Source: a bacterium
GTDB lineage: Bacteria; Patescibacteriota; Minisyncoccia; UBA6257; GWB1-50-10
Length of the DNA: 64,000 nt
Assembly (NCBI GenBank): GCA_021814165.1
Contig: JAKAIX010000001.1
Span: 150,787-214,786 of the forward strand
Direction: 5' to 3'
Part shown: piece after piece, positions 8,160-16,312 of the stretch
Position numbering within the stretch: the first letter of the stretch is position 1
Layout of the letters: every line of letters begins with the position of its first letter
Made by a program: the position numbers and the translations under genes
The notes under the pieces: model-generated
Databases searched by the model: none
The model's input: only the letters and a program-made list of their open reading frames with translations
What the model was told of the DNA's origin: nothing

Positions 8160-9050
8160 ATGGAAAATTTTCTGACTCCCAATTCAAAATTCGTGTTTTT
8201 CGGTACGCCTCGTTTCGCGGAGATTGTCTTGGAAAAACTCATCCAAGGAGAGATGCCACCCGCGCTCGTCGTCACGAACCCCGATCGCCCCGTGGGAAGA
8301 AAACAGATTATTACCCCGCCTCCCGTGAAACAGAGAATCATGAATTATGAATCAGGAATTAGGGAAAAAATCAAAATTCTGCAACCGGAAAAATTGGACC
8401 CTTCTTTATTCCCAATTCCCAATTCCCAATTCGACTTCGCCATTCTTGCTTCCTACGGGAAGATAATTCCGAAGGAAATCATCGAGCTCTTTCCCAAGGG
8501 AATTATCGTTGTACACGGTTCTCTTCTTCCAAAATACCGAGGCGCGACGCCAATCCAGACCGCGCTCTTGAACGGCGACCTGACAACCGGCATTACGCTT
8601 CTCCTTATGGACGAAAAGGTAGATCACGGGGAGATACTCTCGAGCTCCGAACTGCAAATCCTTCCCGATGATACCTATACTTCTCTCATCGAAAAACTTG
8701 CCAACATAAGTGCGGAGCTGCTCTTGAAAACAATTCCGAAATATCTCGCGGGAAAGATTATTCCACGGGAACAAAATCACGCGGAAGCGACGTTCACAAA
8801 AAAATTCAGAACAGAGGACGGATTCTTGCCTTGGAACCATCTTAAGGAGGCGGAAGAACAAGGCGGAGAGAAAGCGGCGACAATCGACCGAATGATACGG
8901 GCGCTGAATCCGGATCCGGGAGTGTATACGCTGAAGGAAGAGAAAAGAATAAAACTCCTCGAAGCGAAACTTGAGAACGGGAAATTACAACTTGTGAAGA
9001 TCCAAGAGGAAGGGAAGAAACCAAAAATTATCGAGGCCCGGCCTCGATAA
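8160..9050 (+). CDS. fmt: Methionyl-tRNA formyltransferase
   Basis: FFGTPRFAE, VVTNPDRPVGRK and HGSLLPKYRGATPIQ motifs. The start overlaps the def stop. The ORF-track N-terminal extension (from 7935) is not used. Confidence 0.9.
   Translation: MENFLTPNSKFVFFGTPRFAEIVLEKLIQGEMPPALVVTNPDRPVGRKQIITPPPVKQRIMNYESGIREKIKILQPEKLDPSLFPIPNSQFDFAILASYGKIIPKEIIELFPKGIIVVHGSLLPKYRGATPIQTALLNGDLTTGITLLLMDEKVDHGEILSSSELQILPDDTYTSLIEKLANISAELLLKTIPKYLAGKIIPREQNHAEATFTKKFRTEDGFLPWNHLKEAEEQGGEKAATIDRMIRALNPDPGVYTLKEEKRIKLLEAKLENGKLQLVKIQEEGKKPKIIEARPR
8408..8432. repeat. Tandem (CAATTCCC)x3 inside fmt coding sequence; related GAATTATGAATCAGGAATTAGGG lies at 8342-8364
   Basis: Read directly; it encodes FPIPNSQF. 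Confidence 0.6.
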
Positions 9051-9089
9051 TGTTATCCACAGAATATATTGAGGCCCGGCCTCGATATA
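9028..9089. terminator. Two copies of the TATCGAGGCCCGGCCTCGATA hairpin family with TTATCCACA (DnaA-box 9-mer) between them
   Basis: 9-bp stem TATCGAGGC with CCGG loop at 9028-9050. TTATCCACA at 9053-9061. A second imperfect hairpin at 9066-9089. Lies between convergent fmt (+) and the cupin gene (-). Confidence 0.6.
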
Positions 9090-9485
9090 TTACTCGGTTG
9101 TTTTACCGTCGAAGTGATCGCCTTCATCCTTCATCGCATCCGCTTTTTCGGGATGTACCGTTTTATCTTTGTGTTCCGGCGGAGAATAGACGGTATAGAG
9201 TTTCATCGGCTCATTCGAGGTATTGACCACATTATGCCGCGTTCCTTCCGGAACCACGATCGCGTAATCCGCTTCGACGTTGTGTTCGACACCGTCCAAG
9301 ATCGCGACGCCGCTCCCCTTTTCGATCCGGATAAACTGATCCAGATCGTGTACTTCCTCCCCTATTTCTTCGCCCGGTTTCAGCGCCATCACGACGAGCT
9401 GGCTGTGCTTCGCGGTATAAAGCACTCTGCGGAAGTTCTCGTTTCCTTCCGTTTCCTTCTCGATGTTTCCTACGTATCCTTTCAT
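9090..9485 (-). CDS. Cupin domain protein
   Basis: 131 aa with conserved cupin His/Glu motifs (GEEIGEEVH...H). Confidence 0.65.
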   Translation of the reverse strand: MKGYVGNIEKETEGNENFRRVLYTAKHSQLVVMALKPGEEIGEEVHDLDQFIRIEKGSGVAILDGVEHNVEADYAIVVPEGTRHNVVNTSNEPMKLYTVYSPPEHKDKTVHPEKADAMKDEGDHFDGKTTE

Positions 9486-9497
9486 ATAAATAGTATA

Positions 9498-10223
9498 TCA
9501 CACTTCCAACACGACCGAGATCGGCAAGTGATCCGAACCTTTCGAATCATGCACTTTAAACGAATGGAATTTCAAGTCTTTTGTGACGAAGAGATAATCA
9601 AGGCGCGTATCGATCGCCTGGGGCTTGCACACGGGGCACCCTTCCGGGTATACGCCCCACGTCGGAGCGAGCTCGGAATCCGTATTTATCATCGTCTTTT
9701 TCAAAACTTTCACCGTAGCACTCTGCGGCGTCGCATTGAGATCCGCACCAAGAAGCGCGCGTTTCTTCGGAATAATCTCGGCCATGCGCTTTGCCTGAAA
9801 CTCTTGAAGATCGGAGGGTTCTTGATGCGTATGGATAAGATGCGAAGAAAATATGTGGAGTATCTCGCCGTTCGCCGGAATGAGCGCCTCTATCAGGAAT
9901 CTCGTTTTTTCTTCCGACAAGGGGTGTACCTTGAAATCCTGAATGGCATTTCTGCTCACGATCGCGTTTCCCATCGCCACGATTCTCGGCTCGAGCTCCT
10001 TGTAATACTTCGCGGTATCAATCTCGTATGTCGAGGTAAAATACGACGATTTATAACCGAGGTGTCGGGCAATTGTCTCCGCCGTATTATTTTTCCCATT
10101 CAAATCCTGTATCGTTTCCTGAAGACATATGATGTCGGGCTTGAACTCCGAAAGGAAATCCAATATCCCGGACAAATGCTGCCCGCCCCATATATTCCAT
10201 GAAACTACTTTTACTTTCGCCAT
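9498..10223 (-). CDS. Endonuclease/exonuclease/phosphatase (EEP) family protein
   Basis: N-terminal WNIWGG and C-terminal SDHLPISVVLEV motifs. Confidence 0.75.
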   Translation of the reverse strand: MAKVKVVSWNIWGGQHLSGILDFLSEFKPDIICLQETIQDLNGKNNTAETIARHLGYKSSYFTSTYEIDTAKYYKELEPRIVAMGNAIVSRNAIQDFKVHPLSEEKTRFLIEALIPANGEILHIFSSHLIHTHQEPSDLQEFQAKRMAEIIPKKRALLGADLNATPQSATVKVLKKTMINTDSELAPTWGVYPEGCPVCKPQAIDTRLDYLFVTKDLKFHSFKVHDSKGSDHLPISVVLEV

Positions 10224-10232
10224 GGTTGATAT

Positions 10233-11039
10233 TTATGTTACCGTCTCCGCACTGTAGCGGGCAATAAGACCGGTGCGAACGGCTTTTCGGTATACCCCCA
10301 CGAAAATCACGCAGGCGAGAACAATATAAACGAGAGAGGTAAAAAATCCCCAGAAAAATGTTGACGAAGAAAATGTTCCTCCGCTAATGATTTCTCGAAT
10401 CCCGGTGAACACGTAGGACGGCGGGAGAAGGTGGCCGATAAACTGCATCCACTCCGGAAGTACTGACAGAGGATAAAATACGCCTATAAAGGGCGACAGG
10501 AACGCGGGAATGGGCCAGACCAGCCACTCGGCCGCGGGCCCTAACCGAAGAACGATACTGATTCCGATGACGCCGAGCGCAATACCGAAAAGAAAAAGGA
10601 TAAGAAGAAATGCCGCAAGCGAAGCACCGAAACCGAAAATGGAAAAGCTGAAAACAAGCGCCGCAAAAAGAAACATCACAATGAGTGCAAGTATGCTCCT
10701 CCCTATTCCCGAAAGTATAAGTCCTGCGACATATTCGGATATCTTGAGCGGGGATGCAAAAATATTCAGGAAATTCCGCGACCAGACATCTTCAAAAAAC
10801 AGCATGGTGATACCCTGCATTACATTGGTTGAAAAATCCCAAAGCAATACTGCCCCCAAGAACATTGTTGTGAAACTGAACTCCGACCCAGCGGTTCCCG
10901 TGAGATATCTGGTGATAAATCCCCAGAGCGTAATATCCACTATAATCCAGATAAAAATCTGGAAGAAACGTGTTGCAGTGCCGCGGATGAGATATAACTG
11001 ACGAACGAATATAGCCCAGATTCTTTTGACACTCATATA
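10233..11039 (-). CDS. ABC-2 type transporter permease
   Basis: Six TM segments; it starts just after the ATPase stop (MSVKRIWAIF...). Confidence 0.75.
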   Translation of the reverse strand, partial: YMSVKRIWAIFVRQLYLIRGTATRFFQIFIWIIVDITLWGFITRYLTGTAGSEFSFTTMFLGAVLLWDFSTNVMQGITMLFFEDVWSRNFLNIFASPLKISEYVAGLILSGIGRSILALIVMFLFAALVFSFSIFGFGASLAAFLLILFLFGIALGVIGISIVLRLGPAAEWLVWPIPAFLSPFIGVFYPLSVLPEWMQFIGHLLPPSYVFTGIREIISGGTFSSSTFFWGFFTSLVYIVLACVIFVGVYRKAVRTGLIARYSAETVT

Positions 11040-11040
11040 A

Positions 11041-11796
11041 TTACATTGATTCCAAAAGCAACGGCTCTCTTGCGACCATAATGAAAAGTTCCTCGAGATT
11101 CTTTTTCTTGTACTCACCGGGGAGCGTCTTAGGATCCCCCTGAAGGAGAATCTTCCCATGCGAAAGGAATAGTACCCGATCGCAGACGTCCGTCACTTCA
11201 TACATATTGTGCGAAGTCCAAAGTACTCCCCCTTCTCCCTGTGCTGCGTATTCTTTTATTTTTTCTCGAATACTCTGCGCCGTCGAAGGGTCGAGCGATG
11301 CGGTCGGCTCATCAAGAAGAAGGAGATGCGGCCTGTTAATCGTCGCCTTCGCCAAACTCACTCTTGTCTGCTCGCCGGAAGAAAGCACGCCGCACCTCGT
11401 ATTCCTGAACTGCTTCAATTCAAACTCTTCGAGAAGCTGCTCAATCCGTTTCTCCGAATCGGGGACGTTATACAAGAGTCCGAAGATACGAAGATTCTGG
11501 GATACCGTAAGATTACCGGGAAGCGGCGAATACACTGCGGCGAAGTTCGTACGCTCGAGCGCCTCGCTCCGTTCAAGAGCGACATCTCTTCCTTCGATTC
11601 GGATCGAACCGTGGGTCGGTTCCAAAACCCCGAGAATCATGTTTATCGTCGTCGTCTTCCCCGCGCCGTTCGGACCCAGGAGCCCTACAATTTCGTTCGA
11701 GCGCACCTCAAAAGAAACGGAGTCGACCGCAGTCGTACTCTTGTAGTTCTTGGTAAGGCCTCGTACCTCAAGTACCGGCTTTTTGCTTACTGTCAT
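11041..11796 (-). CDS. ABC transporter ATP-binding protein
   Basis: Walker A GLLGPNGAGKTT, signature LSSGEQTRVSLAKA and Walker B LLLLDEPTASLD. Confidence 0.9.
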   Translation of the reverse strand: MTVSKKPVLEVRGLTKNYKSTTAVDSVSFEVRSNEIVGLLGPNGAGKTTTINMILGVLEPTHGSIRIEGRDVALERSEALERTNFAAVYSPLPGNLTVSQNLRIFGLLYNVPDSEKRIEQLLEEFELKQFRNTRCGVLSSGEQTRVSLAKATINRPHLLLLDEPTASLDPSTAQSIREKIKEYAAQGEGGVLWTSHNMYEVTDVCDRVLFLSHGKILLQGDPKTLPGEYKKKNLEELFIMVAREPLLLESM

Positions 11797-11941
11797 CGCC
11801 TTTTAGTATACCCGACCGGCGTGAATATGGCATTTTTTCATTATTCTCCCCGGAATTTATAAAAAGCGATTTTGAGTTTGAACAACAGCGTTTGCCACGC
11901 CATTCGGAATAAATACTTGTATTTTTTTAGTTTCCAAAAGT

Positions 11942-13687
11942 TCATAGGAATTCCGCGCGATAGCAGTCGGCGCAATAGATTATCTCCCTTCTCTCCGGCG
12001 AGAAGGTCGTTTCGAATTCGGCAGCACACGGATTGTCGCCGTGAACGTGGCCGGCCTTATTGCACATGCATTTCCGGCGCCAGAGCGTATAAGCATTCCG
12101 CCACCGTAATCGCTCCGCATTGCGGCAGTTCGGACAGAGACGAGGTAAGGCGATGTTCATCTTGCGATAAAACTCCAGTTCCGCCTGACTGATACGAAAG
12201 GCCGTCGTGCATTGTTCGTTGCATATACCCTTATGCGCGCAACCGACCACTTCCCGCGTTATCGAATCATCGACATCACGGACATGATCCGGAAGATTTT
12301 CCGGCTTTAAGGATATCTCATACGACCGCTCGGATGGATCCCGCCATTGCCATCCTTCCCCTACCACTTCCTCTTTTGTCTTCGGATACCAGGGAAATGC
12401 GAACGCTTCGTTATACGCGTATGCGGAGAGCTCCGGCGGAAAAAACTCGCCGAACTTGTACACGCGTCCTTTCTTGTCGATATAAGGTATGTCTTCCATC
12501 TGCTTTTTTATTTTCGGAAGGAGTTCCTCATACTCCTGTTTCGTATACTGCTTGTTCAAAATGCAGTACTGCTTGTTTTTAATAGAAATGCATCCGAAGA
12601 CGTAAGAAGAATTAGCCGCCCAGTCTGAGTAATACGTGTCTCTGCAGTTCGTACCTCCCGCCGAGAAAAAGCACCGTGAAGCGTGTCCCGTAACGGCGCA
12701 CGTTTCGTACATCAGATTCGAGGTGTCACCGCCAATACTCGTATCCCACGCGTCTTTCAGATTTAAACCGCCAAAGTAGACATATCTGCAATGCTCCACG
12801 CCGTCCAACGCCGAAAAACACGTCTTGCAATCTTTAGTATCCCTGATAATGTCTCCCGTCACGTCCTGGCTGCTTACCACGTGTGCAAACCGGTGCGGCG
12901 TCGAGAGATAAAGCGAACGGAATTTATTTTTTGCTTCCTCCAAACGCGCGTAGCTCCCCAGATCCCAATATTTCAAGCGTTCGTAGTATTCTTCTTTTGA
13001 GAACTGCTCATTCCAGAGACGATACTTTTGTTTCCTCAAGTTGATACACCCGAAACAATCCGAGCAGCCCACGCAATCAAATATAAAAGAAGAATTCATG
13101 CAATCATCCGAGAAAAATCCGTTTCTCACTTTGTAAAGACGATTGCAGTGAAGCGACCCGTATACGTGGTCCGAATTATCCGTCACATAGCAGTCGTACG
13201 CGTTTTTCGAGAGAAGAAGCGCATAGCAATTTTCCGCATTCTCGGAAAAATAGCTCCAGAAAACGTAATAGCAATCCTTCACGTTGAGACACGCGTGCGT
13301 GAAGTCGCTTCTCACAAGGTTAGCGCCGGTGAGTGCCGGCCGCGGTACCGCCTCCATGAGTTCGCGATACTGCGCGAAGAAAGGCCTCTTGAAATCGTAC
13401 GCGCGCCCATACGACAACGGATCCCACTTGTCGGAGTTGTAGCATTCACGACAAATCACCGTGAAGGGGCCGCCCGGAGCGTGGATAGTGACGATCTTTT
13501 TGCCGCACAATTTACAAATATCCCGATAGAGCGTTTTTTCTTCCCTCCAGAGCATCCGCCGCATATTCCTGCAACCGGGACACCACGTGGGCGGCGGCAC
13601 GTCGATTTTCTCGTAAAACAAGAAATCTTCAGGCTCAATCGCAAATGAATTCCGGCAATTCTGGCATACACGAGACTCTTTTTGCAT
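11942..13687 (-). CDS. Cysteine-rich 581-aa protein with duplicated N- and C-terminal zinc-ribbon-like modules; function unknown
   Basis: N-terminal CQNCRNSFAIEPEDFLFYEKIDVPPPTWCPGCR and C-terminal CTTAFRISQAELEFYRKMNIALPRLCPNCR are clear internal homologues. The Cys-containing repeat core lies between them. No signal peptide. Confidence 0.6.
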   Translation of the reverse strand: MQKESRVCQNCRNSFAIEPEDFLFYEKIDVPPPTWCPGCRNMRRMLWREEKTLYRDICKLCGKKIVTIHAPGGPFTVICRECYNSDKWDPLSYGRAYDFKRPFFAQYRELMEAVPRPALTGANLVRSDFTHACLNVKDCYYVFWSYFSENAENCYALLLSKNAYDCYVTDNSDHVYGSLHCNRLYKVRNGFFSDDCMNSSFIFDCVGCSDCFGCINLRKQKYRLWNEQFSKEEYYERLKYWDLGSYARLEEAKNKFRSLYLSTPHRFAHVVSSQDVTGDIIRDTKDCKTCFSALDGVEHCRYVYFGGLNLKDAWDTSIGGDTSNLMYETCAVTGHASRCFFSAGGTNCRDTYYSDWAANSSYVFGCISIKNKQYCILNKQYTKQEYEELLPKIKKQMEDIPYIDKKGRVYKFGEFFPPELSAYAYNEAFAFPWYPKTKEEVVGEGWQWRDPSERSYEISLKPENLPDHVRDVDDSITREVVGCAHKGICNEQCTTAFRISQAELEFYRKMNIALPRLCPNCRNAERLRWRNAYTLWRRKCMCNKAGHVHGDNPCAAEFETTFSPERREIIYCADCYRAEFL

Positions 13688-13759
13688 ACGATTATTATAG
13701 CAATCGACACCGACTCACGGGTGCTATAATGAAATAAAGGTCGGAAGCTCTCAATTATT

Positions 13760-14056
13760 ATGGCAAAAGAAGTAATAAAGCGTGGTGGCGTACGTGCGCC
13801 GTTCAAGTCCGAGAAGATAAAACGATCGATCCGGAAAGCGTGCAAGGACGTTCATCTTCCCGCGGCGCGGACAAAGAAGGTGGTTTCCAAGGTTTCCGCA
13901 GCGGTACTTCGGTTCGCCAGAACAAGAAAGACGGCTATTAAGACGTCGGTAATCCGCCAAAAGATACTTGCGGGATTGAAAAAGGAAGAGCCAACAGTAT
14001 GGAAGGCGTGGATGAAATATGACAAACGCCGTCGCGCGCGGAGAAAGAAGAAATAG
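13760..14056 (+). CDS. Stand-alone ATP-cone domain protein (NrdR-like, without zinc ribbon)
   Basis: VIKRGGVRAPFKSEKIKRSIRKA fits the ATP-cone N-terminal pattern. Basic C-terminal tail. Confidence 0.55.
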   Translation: MAKEVIKRGGVRAPFKSEKIKRSIRKACKDVHLPAARTKKVVSKVSAAVLRFARTRKTAIKTSVIRQKILAGLKKEEPTVWKAWMKYDKRRRARRKKK

Positions 14057-14077
14057 ATGTTATCAGAAATTGACGAA

Positions 14078-14108
14078 TGAAAGCGGCACGGAATTCCGTG
14101 CCGCTTTG
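14078..14108. terminator. Bidirectional terminator hairpin of the GAAGCGG(T/C)AC family
   Basis: Palindrome GAAAGCGGCACGGAATTCCGTGCCGCTTTG. Confidence 0.55.
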
Positions 14109-14111
14109 TTA

Positions 14112-14861
14112 TTACGGAATCAAAATACGATCCCCTCTTTTCAATTTCATGCGGATTCTCGCTTCGACGGTCTGACTGCAATAAGTCATGACATCAAAAA
14201 TGTAGTCATACATTTTTTCTTCGGAAAACTTTTTCTTGCCATTCCGCATCAGATGAGCATCTCTAATGAGCCGACGTTCTTTTGGAGTGAGTCTTAATTT
14301 TCTTGATGTTTTTACTATATCCCCGAAACCGATTGGAAAATCTCCATTCAGATATTCCAAACTCAATGTCGCAAACAGGCATGCTTTATAACTCATCTCA
14401 TACGCTTCCTTTGTATTGCCCGCTCTCAAGAAGAAAAGGCCCGCCAAGACACGCATAGTGGAAAAACATGCTTCCCGATAGGCGTCGAGAAGCGTAAGCG
14501 GCGGTGGCACGAGACGTTCCATTATTTCCTTGCCCCAGATTGTTTGCGAGGTGAGGGCAAGGTGACGTATAAAAACGCTTTTTGTAAAAGGAGAATTTAC
14601 CGTTCCCTTCTTGAATCCTTCAAGATCATACGCGTAAACGCGAAGAGTTAATGATTTCCTTTTGGAATATTTTTGCGCGATAGCTTTGAGTGTTCTATTT
14701 GAGACATCACTCTTTTTCTTTCGCAAGACGCCGATCTCCAGATCGGATACTCCGGGCACATAGTCATTTGCAGCGTAACTTCCGTAGAGAAAGATAGATA
14801 CAGGCTTCGTTTTTCGTACTATCTCCATTACAACTCTACTCACTATATCTTCAGTTCCCAT
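14112..14861 (-). CDS. Nucleotidyltransferase-domain protein (KNTase-like: minimal NTase plus C-terminal HEPN-like helical domain)
   Basis: LYGSYAANDYVPGVSDLEIGV is the GS-x(n)-DhE motif. The C-terminal RRLIRDAH resembles Rx4-6H. Confidence 0.65.
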   Translation of the reverse strand: MGTEDIVSRVVMEIVRKTKPVSIFLYGSYAANDYVPGVSDLEIGVLRKKKSDVSNRTLKAIAQKYSKRKSLTLRVYAYDLEGFKKGTVNSPFTKSVFIRHLALTSQTIWGKEIMERLVPPPLTLLDAYREACFSTMRVLAGLFFLRAGNTKEAYEMSYKACLFATLSLEYLNGDFPIGFGDIVKTSRKLRLTPKERRLIRDAHLMRNGKKKFSEEKMYDYIFDVMTYCSQTVEARIRMKLKRGDRILIP

Positions 14862-14947
14862 TCAATAATTATAACACTTCAATCGAATTGACGGCGCGAC
14901 GGAGAAGTGTTACGTTCTTTGTAATTTACAACAAAATAAGGATGCCT

Positions 14948-16273
14948 ATGAAGAACATTCTGACCTTGCGAAGGGTGGAACGGGTCATAGAAGACACCGC
15001 GAAGAAATTCGTTATTGATGGCCTTGAGTTTGAAGATCTCGTCCAAATAGGGAGAATTGCGGTTTGGAATTTGCTGAAAAAGTACGACATCAATGAAACG
15101 AACGTAGCTGAACACACGGGGATTATCAGAAACAGCGTAAAATATGCGCTCCTGAACGAACGCACAAAATCCAAAGCGAAGAAAAGAATCGAACTCACAA
15201 AAGCGATTTCACTGGACGAGGGAATCGATGAAGAGGACGGCGACGAGAGAACATTACAGAATTTCATCGCATCGGACGAAGAAAATGGGATTGATATCCT
15301 TGAGAAACATGAAAACGATGTAGAACGTCTCAAATTTCTCGTTCGCAACTCGTTTGCTGAAAAAACCGTGAAAAGCAAACGTGCGGTGATATTCTTCCTC
15401 GTAAAAATGTTGGGATTGAGCGAACCCGAGATTCCTAAGAGGATAAAATACGAAACATTCCTCAAACTAAGAATTTCAAGATGGCTCTGGGTATTTTTCA
15501 ACAACTCCCCTTTCAGAGCCCTTAATCTCGCCTATCCTGGAAAATTCCTCCCATATGAAATGAGCCGAATCCCCAAAAAACAATGGGACGGACTGCGAGG
15601 GAAAAAGAGAGCAATAAAGGCCCTGAAACTTGCTTTGGAAAAAACCGGATACGCGCCGGAACACTTTCCAAAACTCCTGAACTATCATTTCTTCGAGGAG
15701 TTCAGGCTCGTTACCCCTCTCAAAAACATCTTCGAGTACGACAGATTCTCTTACCTGAATGCGACATTCCCTTCCCGGTATCATGCGTGGGATCTATCCT
15801 TCACGCAAAGAGGTTTTTTTGATTCGCTGGATCACCTGAAAGATGCGACAAAATGGCTTGTCAGAAAGAAGCTCGGTTATGATATTGACGGCCTTAGCGT
15901 CCACGAGATATGGGAGAAAAAGATCGCACTCAAGATTGGGAAGGAAGATTTCTGCCAAAACGGATTGCGTGGAGTTATGGCGGTCTACGGATCACCGGAA
16001 CCCGTTTTGAGACTTACCTATCCGGGAAAATTCCTGCCGTGGAGCTTTCAACGAAGAGACAAGTGGTACGGAAGAAGCGGAAAAGCGCTTGCCGCACTTG
16101 CAACTCGCTGGGTAGTTGAAAGATATGCAAAGATCTCTCCCTTGTCGCCCAAGATAACGTTCTACTTCTTTGTACAAAACGGTCTGCACGGTATGATTAC
16201 GGCAAGGAGTCTTGGTTTCAATTCTTCTCCAAAAAAAGCGATGCGGAATGCCTATCCGGGACTATTTCACTAA
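14948..16273 (+). CDS. ECF/sigma-70-family-like protein with C-terminal triple YPGKFLP(W/Y) repeat domain
   Basis: EDLVQIGRIAVWNLLKKYD...GIIRNSVKYALLNE resembles sigma region 2. KRAVIFFLVKMLGLSEPEIPKRIKYETFLKLR is region-4-like. Three repeats follow: ALNLAYPGKFLPYEMSRIP, VLRLTYPGKFLPWSFQRRD and AMRNAYPGLFH. AAGGA RBS precedes the ATG. Confidence 0.55.
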   Translation: MKNILTLRRVERVIEDTAKKFVIDGLEFEDLVQIGRIAVWNLLKKYDINETNVAEHTGIIRNSVKYALLNERTKSKAKKRIELTKAISLDEGIDEEDGDERTLQNFIASDEENGIDILEKHENDVERLKFLVRNSFAEKTVKSKRAVIFFLVKMLGLSEPEIPKRIKYETFLKLRISRWLWVFFNNSPFRALNLAYPGKFLPYEMSRIPKKQWDGLRGKKRAIKALKLALEKTGYAPEHFPKLLNYHFFEEFRLVTPLKNIFEYDRFSYLNATFPSRYHAWDLSFTQRGFFDSLDHLKDATKWLVRKKLGYDIDGLSVHEIWEKKIALKIGKEDFCQNGLRGVMAVYGSPEPVLRLTYPGKFLPWSFQRRDKWYGRSGKALAALATRWVVERYAKISPLSPKITFYFFVQNGLHGMITARSLGFNSSPKKAMRNAYPGLFH

Positions 16274-16312
16274 CCCTCTTTTGTAGCTCAAAAGAGGGTT
16301 TTATTTTTTTGA
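16266..16312 (+). terminator. Rho-independent terminator after the sigma-like gene
   Basis: CCCTCTTTTGTAGCTCAAAAGAGGG hairpin followed by TTTTATTTTTTT. Confidence 0.7.

Noticed and set aside
8408-8432. CRISPR-like array from the (CAATTCCC)x3 tandem and the AT-rich repeats
   Set aside because: Units are 8 bp with no spacers. They lie inside the conserved fmt reading frame, and no cas genes are present.
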